A stretch of DNA of 62,811 nt, filler included, from Sluysia triapertura (taxonomy: Eukaryota), in assembly GCA_046118255.1 (NCBI GenBank). It is 4 parts of 4 records of this genome, joined end to end, with 100 filler letters (N's around TTAATTAATTAA, not from the genome) between each part and the next. Parts side by side here need not be neighbours in the genome. Positions count along the whole stretch, not along the records: positions 1 to 13,081 come from JBJNIA010061093.1; 3 more parts are not named here. One strand, given 5' to 3'. Shown here one piece after another: positions 1-11,884 of the stretch. Each line of letters opens with the position of its first letter. Position 1 is the stretch's first letter. The notes under the pieces were generated by a model that was not told the DNA's origin, made no database searches, and saw nothing but the letters and a program-made list of their open reading frames with translations. The translations under genes were made by a program, and so were the position numbers.

Positions 1-691
1 TATTGTCATTATTGTTATATAATATGATTATCAAATAATAACTTTTATAATAAATTTTATATCAACATCAACTATGCGATTATTAACCACGTTGTTGTTA
101 ACATTATTATTTCTTTTATCCTTATTATCAATCTGTCTTCTTATCCTTCCATTTTTTTTCATTTTATATATATTTATATAAGTGTTAATCTGTAAAGTAT
201 GCATTTAATATCCCTATCTCCGCAGTTGCTTCCAAATAGGTATAATGATGTTCAACTTATCGTATTACAAAATCGAGAATTGCAAGCACCATATAGTACT
301 CGTAATGTAAACGTAAATGCAGAGCGATATACATTTTACAATGGCGACTATAAATAGTAAATCTTGACAACGTTGACCATCTGCATCCATTAAGAGGCAG
401 ATTATAAATATATAAAGAGTAGGAATGATTGGTTGTCCAATCGAAACGTAGAATGTGAAGTAGACTATATTAGCAAATGTGTGCCTGTTACCATAGAAAT
501 TTTAATGTTAGTGATTATATCATGTTAAACGGTGGCAGGCAATGAAGTGTTTAATGAAATTATGTCAAGATTGACAGAAACTAAATTAAAATTTGCCAGC
601 AACAAATAATACCAACGAACAACAATGATACTAATAATGATAATAAAAATGCCGATAATAATTATTATAATAAGGTACTTAAATGAAATAA

Positions 692-742
<51 letters not shown>
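692..742. repeat. (AAT)n microsatellite
   Basis: Seen directly. Confidence 0.95.
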
Positions 743-743
<1 letters not shown>

Positions 744-1489
744 TTAATATTAATATTAACATTAAATAAAATAAAATAATAAGTAATAAAATGAGAATAA
801 TAATAACAAAATAAAATTAATAATAAATAATAAAAATATACAATAGTTACATTTACATAAATCTTTCGTAATAAAATTTTTTTAAATAAAATTCTTTTAA
901 GATTTTGTTATTCTGAACTTTATATTCTTTCTATGTACTTTCATATATAAATAAAAGTCTTAAAGATGTTAAAGAAATTCCTTTTTGCTTCTGATGTTAT
1001 ATTGGTTTTAAAATGTTAATTTAATGTTTTCACTGATGCTAATGACTGAGTGTTAAAAGATTGTGAAATGTTTTTGGTTAATATTGAAATATATATTTGA
1101 TGACTTAAGATATAATTGTGGTTCTAATGTTGTGGGATAATGAATAAAATGTTTTAAATGAATTTTTAAATGTACATTGATGGTTTAATGAATGAAAGTA
1201 GAGTTTGGATGTTGAAAGATTGTGAATTTAAAATGCTGTTAAGTATGAAAAATGGTTTTAATGAATCTGAAAATAAAATATGAAAAGGTAAGATAATTTT
1301 TGAAAAGGTAACAATGTAAATGCTAATGAATGTAATAATGCAATTGAATTGATTATTTTGAATTTTTAAGTAGAGGTTGGCCACCACAATGTAAGTATTA
1401 TTATTAATTTCAATTTCTTTAGATATTTCTATTTTAATTTTTGTTGTTTGTTGCGTCACGTCTGGTTTTTTTGGATATATGTTGCGTCC

Positions 1490-1490
<1 letters not shown>

Positions 1491-1537
<47 letters not shown>
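1491..1537. repeat. (ATT)n microsatellite
   Basis: Seen directly. Confidence 0.95.
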
Positions 1538-1539
<2 letters not shown>

Positions 1540-2298
1540 AACGCAATTGTTAATCTTTTGATTTTAGTTATTTTTATTATTATTAAAACTGAAACGTATA
1601 ATAGCAATTTGTACTTGATTTTGAAATTTTTAAATTATTTAGTGGTTATTAATTTGATTTTAAAACATACTAGAGTTGGATAAATATTATTATTAAAATA
1701 AGAGAATTTGTGATAATTTATACTTGATCTAGGGAGTAATGAAATTATTGAGACTCTATTTAGTTAAATTAAATTAATATTTATTTATTGTTACTATTAA
1801 TTTCAACGGCGCAACATTATGAATTTATTGATTTATTTTATTTTCATTAAGATTGTATCAGTAAATTAAAATAAATTATTATAAAATTAAATAAACTTAT
1901 CAAGGTCATTCTCAGACTATATAAGCCATCATAAATTATAATAAACGCAGTCAAAAATTTTTAAGAATTTTAATTATTACAAAGTTTTGGAATCACCGTT
2001 AGGCAATTAAATCTACAATATTAGATAATCCAAGAAAAAAATTAAGAAAGTAAAAGGACCGTCAATATTTTGAAAATGATTATGTTTGCAAAGATTCTTT
2101 GGTTTCACCTAACCTATGATGCAAATAAGCCTAGAAGAGTTCGACCTAACAAAAACGACTTAAGTCTGGACGACGGCGGCCTGTTATGATTTACTGTGCA
2201 AAAGATATAAGCAAACAAAGGCTTAAGATAAGAATTGTTTTTAGATGATTTTAATTTAGTTAAATTATTAAAATCTATTGATAAATTTAATGATTTTG

Positions 2299-2670
2299 AG
2301 TTAGCCTTTTTACGGTCTAACTAATAAAATCAAATATTAAATTAGCCTGTTACGGTCTAATTATTTGAAAACCAAATGTTAATGTTATAATATTGAGCTA
2401 TCCTTATTACGGTATAGCGTTTTTTTACAATTTTAGTAAATAATTAAGAATAAATTTAAAATACACAGTTATATTATTACAATAAAAGAATTAGACTATA
2501 CAGAAGTAGTGGTTACTAATAATAATAATGATTTTATTTAGCTTAAATTCAATTGAATTTAGCTTTCAATATTTTAGAATTAAGTTAACTTATCCTTTTA
2601 CGGTATAAGTTTTGAAAAACTAAAAATTAATTTAAGTTAAATTTTGCTCCTCCCTTCTTACGGTGAGGAG
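2299..2670. other. Array of five covarying hairpins with invariant CC-(N2-3)TTAC-GG-T core (structured cis element)
   Basis: AGTTAG-CC-TTTTTAC-GG-T-CTAACT (2299-2322); AATTAG-CC-TGTTAC-GG-T-CTAATT (2340-2362); GCTAT-CC-TTATTAC-GG-T-ATAGC (2397-2418); AACTTAT-CC-TTTTAC-GG-T-ATAAGTT (2587-2611); CTCCTC-CC-TTCTTAC-GG-T-GAGGAG (2647-2670). Every stem pairs perfectly although the stem sequences differ. Confidence 0.9.
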
Positions 2671-3889
2671 AATAAAATCCTACTAAAAAATAATCTTACT
2701 AATTTCATGGATTTTCTTTGCTGGCTGAAGATTTTTCTGAACAATACTTTACCAAAAACAAATACTGGTTTTTAACCCACAAATTGTTGGTTTTTATATC
2801 CAATTTTTGTTTCTAGCTTCCATATTGTTCACACGTAATTTTATTGATTTAAATAAACAAAATTATCTTTTAAAACCAAAAATATTTTTTAATACTTAAA
2901 TTATTTAGATTAAAAATATCTTTTAATACTTTTAGATTATTTAATAATATTCTTTGTTTATTTCACATTTTTATAATATAATAATAATTTTATTTTTATA
3001 ATTTTTTATAATAATATCATAATAATTAGTTAATAAATAATAATATTAGTCAATTTATATAATTAATAATCACAAATTAGTTATTAAAAATCGCATTTAT
3101 AATTCTTCACAATATTCCAGTCAGTTTCTTCACAAAATATACAGATCAAATATAAAAGGTACCAATGTAATAACAATAATGATCTTTTAACAATTCAGTT
3201 ATTAATTGATTATTTTGAAATTTTAAATGTAAATTACCCAACTCTCTTTAAGGTGTTGGTACGAAACAATTTTAAGAATTTACGAATATTTTAATATTCC
3301 CAAAACTTAACATAAAAAATTACTTATTAAACATGGATCTTCGGAATTCAATCTTGTACTAAAATGTTTTCTAATTTTGTTCTTAAAATCTTCACTTGCT
3401 GCTGTTGTTATTCTTAATGTTTTTGCGTCTTGTTCTAAATTTTTCAATCTATTGATATTAAATTTATAAATCGCCATCTTTAACCTAAATAATTTATTTA
3501 ATTCCTTCTTGACCTAAATAATTTAATTATTTAATTTCTTAACCTAAAAATAAATTTAAATAAATTAGTAATTTAAAACAAAATTACTTTGTAATATTAA
3601 ATTGGTAATTTAAAACAAAATTATTTTTTTAATATTTCCTGATTTATTTTTATTTAATATTTTTTATTTTTTTGATGTTTATATTTTTAATATTTAATGT
3701 TTAATATATTTTAATATATTTTTTAATATTTAATATAATAAAAATAATATTAAAAATTTTATAATATTTACACAAAATTAACAAATATACATAAAACATA
3801 AAACATAAATCATAGAACGTAATTTCTGACATTGCTTTCCCTTTCGGGAAAATTCGTCCACGAATAAAAAAGTTAATTCAATTATTATT

Positions 3890-4780
3890 ATGGATCACAT
3901 TATTATCAATGTTATGTTAGTATTCTTCAAGGAGATAATCGTATGCAATAATACGTGGGTTTTGCTGTCGTCAGGGAATTTTAGTGGCGATCTACGTTGG
4001 ATGGTCGCCTTAGAAACTGTCGTCGGTGCTGATGTTGAAGTCAATGTTGGCGGGTCGCATGATTTTGAATTGATAATTGATGGGATGACGTTCCTAGAGA
4101 GACAGGAGAAGATGAAAAATAGGAAGAAGAACAAGGGATAAGTTTGTGTTTTTTAGGATGAGTAGTAGGTTTCGAGTCAGAATAAGTTTTCTTAAAAAGA
4201 GCAGGAGGGTCATTACACTTTGTGTAGTCGAGAAGGGTCACCAGTTCTGTGGCTAATTGGTGACAAGTTAACACTGGGCTAATAGGAAAGATTAGCCGCA
4301 ATGTTTGACATGCTCTTATAAGAGTCATACGTAGCGAATGGAATCAAATTTTGGTTCTCTAAATTGATTATTCCCCTTAGCAACCCGATAGGTATATTTA
4401 AAGATTTAATAACATATCTGGGGTCTAACGTTAGTAAAATTTCATTTCTCAAAATCCCTAATAATTATAGACGGATTTCATCGATCTCCTGAGCCAACCT
4501 AAGGTCGGTTTCCGTGACGGATTGAGCATTTCTTATGAAATTTGAATGCGACACCGAGGCTTGATGTGAGCCTCAGTGTGAAATTCACGACTGTAGGAGT
4601 ACAGGTCACACATATTAACTGAGTTTTATTTAGAAGGTCAGTGACATTGGAATGCCACAAACATGAGTCGATCCTCGTCATACGCAGGCAAAGGTGGTAA
4701 GTGCATTTGGCTCATATTATCCAAATCCCGCGCGAACGGAAGAAAAGAAGGGGAGAAAAGAGGAGCAGGAGGTAAGACAT
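3890..4780 (-). pseudogene. Degraded intronless secreted/membrane protein gene, probably mobile-element cargo
   Basis: GC-richer coding-like island. ATG at 4780 gives signal-peptide-like MSYLLLLFSPLLFF. Overlapping Cys-containing ORF fragments (4499-4681, 4041-4328, 3895-4134) are broken by stops and frameshifts, with a hydrophobic stretch near 4100-4140. Confidence 0.45.
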
Positions 4781-5279
4781 AAAGTAAAGCGATATGAATA
4801 GGAAATTCGAGAGCTTCACTGTTATATTACAGTCCCTATTTAAATTAGAAAGGTAGTGTTATTGTTATTTTAAGCGTCTCGCTCGCAGATGCTATATATA
4901 ACGTATTGAAATCGTCCGGTGCGATGGTAAACCCTTCAAAGAGATAAGGGAAAGTTCCGGCGACAAAGAAAAATATGGGTTGCCACATTATCAGTTAACT
5001 CGGACTTTAATATACAAGAATTGGGAAAAAATGTAAGAGCAGGCTTTTTAATGCAGTACATATCGAGGGAGGAGTAGAAAATTTGAAATTGATTGATGGT
5101 TTTGGCTTGGACCTTTTGCATTGATTTGGAACTAGGTAAAAATAATAGAATGAAAAGAAATATATACAAAAACCAAAATATAACAAAATAATAAGTAATT
5201 TTTTGTGTTTCAATGTACCTTAGTACTATAATAAGCGATAATAATTAGGAAATGTACTAGTGTTTTAAAAATGGGTTTT

Positions 5280-6040
5280 TACATAATTGTGCATTAGGGT
5301 TAGTAGCATAATTACGTTATTAGCAGTAATTCATTGATGTGGTTGATTACGTAGTAAAAACTTGATAGGTAAATAAATCGATAATTTATGTTACATTAAA
5401 TGGTACACAAATGGCTACATTAAGTTATCTAAGTATGTTACTTAATTGATCTGGTTTGTACATATTTTCGCATAAAGTATATTACTGAATCGATTTTGAA
5501 GTAATGTTGTTTGTGGCTTAATCGTTAATAAAATTGGAGTTAAAGCAGTTCTATTATATTTCGTATGAAAACTTTGCCATAATCATATCCGGTCTTAGTT
5601 TCATTTGATTAACATCAACTTAGATTTTCTAGACTTCTAATTCTAATATTTTTTGCTTACACAAATAAAATACATAAATTAACATGAATTCTTTCGCTTC
5701 TAGCTATTTATCTTTTAATTCTTTATCAACTGAATTATTTTGTAAAAATGCTTTATAATAGTGCTTTAGTTGTGTATATTTGTGTTCAGTTTCTAGCACA
5801 GCTTGTAATTTCTTTGTAACAGTTTCTTCAAAATTATTTATTATCTTCTATTGCAATTCTATTATCTTCTGAATAATGTGAAATCAAGCCAAATAAATGT
5901 GGTGGCAGTGTCGCTGACTTAAGCATCTTAGAAAAATTTATTTGTTCTAAATTTACAGATTTTGGATAATTAGGATTGGATTTAGTTAACATGTTTTTAC
6001 GCCAACCATGAAGTACCAGTTTCAAAAAAAACAGAAACAA
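5280..6040 (-). pseudogene. Degraded intronless ORF remnant with a coiled-coil-like middle
   Basis: ORF 5834-6040 continues in frame past its stop (FEETVTKKLQAVLETEHKYTQLKHYYKAFLQNNSVDKELKDK). No family recognised. Confidence 0.35.
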
Positions 6041-7759
6041 AATAAAAAGGTTGTGATAGGGGTTTTAGAATAGTTTAGATTGTCTTTATAGAAATTTTTA
6101 CTACCGTTTTACTTTGTTACTAAAGTATTATTTAAAGTTTGAGGGATTTTATATGTTGAGCTGTTTAAATAGTTATGTGATTGTGCACTTATTTAATGTT
6201 TAGTGTTATATATATATGTGGTATTTTTTGTGAGTGTGATGTTTTGTTTATTTTAAGTGAAAATATTATGTATTTACGAAAATGTACTATATTAAAAAAT
6301 AAATGTCTGTTAATAAAAGTGTAGAGAAGAGCAATTTATTGTAGTTTAGAGTTTCTATCGAATTATTCTGAAAAGAACATATTGTATTATAGATGCATAG
6401 AAGAATTTTATGACTTCTATTTCGATTTCGATTTCGATTTGATCTTTATATTTGCATTATTTAATGTTGGTTGTAACATGATAGAGTGCTCCAACAATAA
6501 TTATATTTTATATTCATTGATTGAAACAGACTCATCTAATTTATAGTATTTCGAAAATAATAGTATTACTTATTACTTAAGTGATATAACTTATAACTGA
6601 AATTACTTATTCTATTTTACATTATTTTATTTAATTATCACTATTTTATGTTTTATATTTATTATTTCAGCTTTTGCTAAAAGTATTGCATTCCTGATAA
6701 CTACAGATATGTATCGAAAAACCAATAGGTTTGTAATTATTTTTATTGAATTTGTTTTCTAATGATAAAATCTTAATATTTTGAGTTTTGAGATTTTTAC
6801 AATAGTTGCAACACTTGATTTAAATTCACAAAGGATATTATCCTCACACGATTTATATTTTATTGGATTATCAAAAATGTAAATAATAATGGTAGAAAAA
6901 GACAAATTTTTGAGAATTTATTAAAAAAGATATTGTACAACTTATTTTGCATTTGTTTATTCTAATCAATCGGCTACAATAATATCATGAAATACATTGA
7001 GTCCTAAATAGATCTTGGAAGTTCTGTCTAAATAACTGTTATAGACAACGCTATATGTCCTTATATCTTTTAGAGAGGATCTTTCTTTATGTTTTTATGT
7101 TTATCCTATGAATATTTAAAATGTAACACCAAAAATAGGAAATTATTTTCTATATTACACTGTTAACCATAGAAATAAAGATGATTAATCTTCCAAAAGT
7201 ACCGAATACTTCTAAATTGTTTTTCAGATAAGCAAACATCAACTCACGAAGAATAATTATTATTGCCATAAATTAAAGTATTGTATTGATGGTTCAAAGA
7301 CGTATAAGTAAGAATTTTGCAGTTATCGATTTGGTCGGTTACCTATTAAATGTATCTACCAATGCCTTTAATCAATTATAGTCTAAGCACAAGTTTTATA
7401 TTTTTATATTAATTTTACTTTTTAATAACTTATAAGATATCAATTATTCTAATTTTCTTGTACTACGTCCAATCCATCTGGGTTATGGTTGTATTATGGC
7501 GTATCTTACTACTATGAAATTTTACAACATTAATTAATACTATTAATCGCTCTCAGAAATAATAAACAAAAACTTAAATAATATTCTTGAAGGTAAGCGC
7601 GACAATATTGCTAGTATTATTTTTTAATCTACTTTTTGCAAATTAAAGGTTTCTTAACTTATGGGTTCGTTTACAGTTTACGGTTTACGTCTGAACGAGA
7701 ACGTAGCGGTAAGTGTGATTGCTTGATTTTCTTTTATAAATAATTATCCTAAAATTCTT

Positions 7760-9608
7760 ACTTTAATAACTAAAGTAAGGTTTTTAATTTGCAAATTAAC
7801 TGGATTTATGAGTAATTATTCAAATACACTTTCCAAGTTAATTAAATAACAAATAACACACAATTAAATGTATAACAAAATCTATAAAATATAAATTAAT
7901 TACACATCAAATAATTTCGTCAAATGTCAATTAGTATAATTAAATACAACTAAAAACAATACAATTCGGACGATTCGTCGAAAAAATATAATGCAATATT
8001 AAAATATTAGAGTTTTATGCTCTAATATTTGCTAAATATTTTAGAAAGATCGCGTGAAATAATAATTGATTTTAAGTGTAATTTAAGTCTTACGTGCGTA
8101 ATTCCAATGGGTTAAAGGAGACAAAAAACAATGAAAAAATAATTTATAATATGAGAATAGCTGGTAATGTATTAATGGATGGTACTTGTGAAAGAGGTTC
8201 AATAGATTATGAAGAAAAAATTTATCACAACGTAGAAGCTCAAGAAACGAATTAGTAAGTTTAAGATCTTTTAATGAATGTTCTGACTTAGAAAAAGGTA
8301 CAATGATGTCACGTCCATTATGTAATTGTTTTTTAAAAATAATTAAATTTAATTTCCGGATTTATGTATAAAATGAAGATGAACTAGCTGTAGAAGAGAT
8401 AGGTATAAAACAAATTTATAACGATAATTTAGATAAACCAGAAAGGAAAAGATTAAATGAAGTGGTAATTCCACAATTTTAATGGCAAAGAAAGAAGAAG
8501 ATTGATTGATATTTGCATCAAAAAAGTTAATAATAAGATGCGGACAAGAAATCAGAGAGATAAATTATCAAGGAATCTATTTATCTGAAAAACAATTATT
8601 CAAGCAAAGGAAGGCATAGACACAAAAAACTTAAAACAAAATACCTATTTTAATAATAAGATTGATTTTTATTACCACTTAGGATTAATGTCGTTAGAAA
8701 AAGTTTATCAGGCTATGATAATTAGGGATTGCCAACTAAATAAAGAAATACGTAGAACTAAATTAGCGGTAGCAATAACCAACCCAGACTTACTTCCGTT
8801 AGGAGTATTTCGTAGATTGATGGGTGAAGTTTTATATACTTACAAATGTAAAAAAAAGTGGAAGTACAATTCAGGCAAGAAAATGAATGTACTAATGACT
8901 GCCAGTAATACATAAAAATCAAAATACTTATTTAGAACCTGTGATAAGAATAATTATGCCAACTAATAAATTCAAACCGAAAACACTATACTGCTATAAT
9001 ATAATGGCACCGGAATATAAAAATGATGATTATCTTTGGATATCTTTGTCACATAGAAGTTAGGTTAAAACCCCAGTTTGATTGGTTTAACAGGTATAAA
9101 AACAAAATTAAAATTTTCCGCTACCAAAATTATTCCGAGATCAGAAATCTATTCTCTTGAAGATATACAATCAGTTTGGCATGAAATTTTATTTCCTATG
9201 AAGAGATCAAAAGTACTCAGCGATATAGTTAATAAAGCAATTGTAGAAAAAGATGGAAAATTAAATTTTGAAATATTATTAGGACCAGACCATTTTAAAA
9301 AGGCAGCGCATAATACTTTACAACAAATTTGGGGAAATTTTCTAGTAATAGTGCAAGCTTTTTCTGGATTGATAGGTATATATGTAATTGTAAAAGTTAT
9401 TGCTCTTTTAATATTATAAATATTTTCTGTAGTAGGTATTTATAAAATATTGGGATTTACGTGGAAATTAATAACAGGATGTTTCCCGTTTCTAGCTAAA
9501 TTTTTACTACATCATCATGCTCATGCTCAACTAAATGCTTTGAAAAAGAGAGAAAGCAGACTGAAGAAATACCATTTATTTATGGAGATTGGCAAAAGAC
9601 ACAATTAA
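7760..9608 (+). pseudogene. Endogenous chuvirus-like (Jingchuvirales-type, class III/gB-like) envelope glycoprotein, frameshifted
   Basis: Fragments are colinear with chuvirus G / BEL-Pao captured env: IAGNVLMDGTCERG..HNVEAQET; CGQEIRE; TYFNNKIDF; SLEKVYQAMIIRDCQLNKEIRRTKLAVAITNPD; LMGEVLYTYKCKK/VEVQFRQENECTND; YLEPVIRII; SEIYSLEDIQSVWHEILFPMKRSKVL; IWGNFLVIVQAFSGLIGIYVIVKVI (TM); GIYKILGFTWKLITG. Multiple stops and frameshifts. The 5' boundary is approximate. Confidence 0.85.
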
Positions 9609-9619
9609 GGTCAACATTA

Positions 9620-10450
9620 TAATATGTATTTGCTTGTCATGTATCTCTGATACTCATACTGCTACGATTGAAAACTATGATGGACATGGATAACTACTTG
9701 CCACGAAATATCACACATCGAATAACTATCACATCAAATCAAAAAGATATATACGCCATAATACAGATAAATAGAATTAATTTGATTAATCTTCAAATGT
9801 GGTGTTGTATAGTTAATTGGTGCCAAGATTAAGCAAACATGTTTTTATTGGATATTATTCTGTAATAATCAAATACCAATTATTTAATGCTACATTAACC
9901 ATAGAATGTGAATACAACCTTAAATATAACTCAAACTTCGTTCTGCTGAGAAATTATAGGATCAGAAACAAGCCATTCGTTGTTTTCCAGCAATTGTCGG
10001 ATACAATAGAATTCCCAATAGTCATTCACCACTACCTTGGTGATATTGTACGCATGGACAACCCGTTAAAGGATAATACACTAATAATAGCATATATACT
10101 ATACGATTACAGATTGGTGCATTACAGATTGGTAACACCAAAGGCAACAATTCGACCATATCACTTACCGAATAACAGACTAATATTCATCCAAATATGA
10201 AATGCACGATACTCAGGCACTTTTGAAAATGATACTAACATCGATTTAACCATAAAAAATATAGTTAAATATAACATCCTCGTAAGCAGTGAAACAATTT
10301 TATGTGTGCTTGTAAGAGTTCTCCAGAGATAACTGCACCTAATGAGACGGTCACTAATTACGTCAATGTTATAGTTAATAATTACGTTTTAATGATATTT
10401 CTTTTTACAACACTTGCTGTAATAGTCATCCCTTTATAAGGACTTAACAA
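9620..10450 (+). pseudogene. Degraded ORF immediately downstream of the glycoprotein (possible type I membrane protein)
   Basis: Begins within about 15 bp of the G stop, contains the 127-aa open stretch 9817-10200, and ends in hydrophobic YFFFTTLAVIVIP. No introns and no family recognised. Confidence 0.4.
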
Positions 10451-11208
10451 TAGGATCAAAATTGTGAACTGAAATTATTTGCATATCTGACCATATGTGG
10501 TGGTCATATGTAGTGATGTTAATGTTCACATTTATAAAAAGTTTGTAAAATACTGTACCCTTACTTAATTAGGTCATAATAATTTTAATTTAATAGTATT
10601 CTTAATTAAATTTATTAAATTATTTCTTATTTACTTAATATATTTTTATTTTTAGATAGTTAATAATTAATAATTAACAATTAATAATAGTTAACAATTA
10701 ATAATTATGAGTTACACAACCTGTTCAATTTGTTTCTGGTTCATTCGAAAATACTTTGCTAAAGCTATTCCTTGTCTTTACCGATTTTATTTCTCCTGTT
10801 TCTACCTTTTATTTGATACGTCTCTTTCTCCTTTACCATCATCTACTCTATGCAGAGCTACTATTCAGGAATTCAATATATTTTATAAAAGGTCTTTCGA
10901 AAAAAATTACGTCTTCATTATTGAATTCATTTCGGACACGTCAGAGAAACAACCTGGGGTTTGATATCATCTAGCCTATACGGAGTAAATATAAGAAAAA
11001 GCTTAGCAAACATGGTTTGGTGAGACCAGACCCTATTTTTATTTTGGGTCTTACGAAATCTCAAAAACGTAATCATCGTAGATGGCAACTTAAGCACTTC
11101 TATAAAATGACTCAACACCGAATAGTATTAATAATAAACCAATTAACCCTTTTTTGAAAAGGAAATAAGATTAAATATACTTAATATTAAAAAAAAAGAA
11201 TGCATACA

Positions 11209-11693
11209 TGTAACACTAAAAACTTACGATTTTGTACGAAATTGTACAAATTTTTATCTATTGTTCTTAATTTTAGCTCAATTCAAGCTCATATCTTACA
11301 GCAACAGAAAAACTTTTATGTCCAGGTAGAGATGTTTTGTCACAAAAGTATAATCCATACTTTCTTTTCTAACTCTGTAGAAACTACTAGCAATCTTAAA
11401 AGCGAACTAAATCTTAACCTCGCTACGCATTTTTTCATTGTTTCCTTTCTTTTGATGGGTTTTCACAAATACCAGATGATATTAACTCTGTTTATGTAGC
11501 TGTGACTAGATGAATTACCAAAGTTTAACTTTTCATAAAAGCTTGCATTTTATTACCAGGGCTCACAGGTTTTCTGCACTGCACGTGACGAATATCTATA
11601 AAAGTTGTAGTATTGTGATTGAAGCCAACGAGTTCCAACGAGTTCCAACGAGCTTAATTTTAAAGGTTTAAATTTATTTTTTTTTGTGTTACA
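11209..11693. mobile_element. LTR-like or TIR-bounded element (TGTAACAC...GTGTTACA)
   Basis: Perfect 8-bp terminal inverted repeats with TG...CA ends, about 485 bp long, with an internal (CCAACGAGTT)x3 at about 11625-11652. No target-site duplication seen. Confidence 0.5.
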
Positions 11694-11884
11694 TAATTCA
11701 ATGAAACAGATGATAATTAGTTATTTGATTTATTTCATTTCAAAAAAATGCTTTAATAAAATAAATTTTACTGTACACGTTAAAAATATCAAATAAAATA
11801 TATTAAAGAAAACTAATTATAAAATATCGAAAAAGTAATATCACTTGTCTTTATCATGTACTTATAAATAAAGTTTGTCAAATT

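Noticed and set aside
1441-1683. Poly-Ile/poly-Tyr ORFs (also 17993, 51226, 59400)
   Set aside because: Artefacts of (ATT)n microsatellites.
2166-2190. TGGACGACGGCGG as a tRNA primer-binding site
   Set aside because: Not preceded by an LTR-terminal CA, and there is no T-arm complement at the expected spacing.
2544-2561. Perfect palindrome TAAATTCAATTGAATTTA inside the hairpin array
   Set aside because: Lacks the CC..TTACGGT core and is AT-rich, so it was not counted as a sixth unit.
2299-2670. Hairpin array as a CRISPR array
   Set aside because: Units share only a short core, spacers range from about 17 to 170 bp, there are no cas genes, and the context is eukaryotic.
6671-6728. Possible upstream KCNQ exon (tttcag...gtttg)
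   Set aside because: No frame resembles KCNQ helix B.
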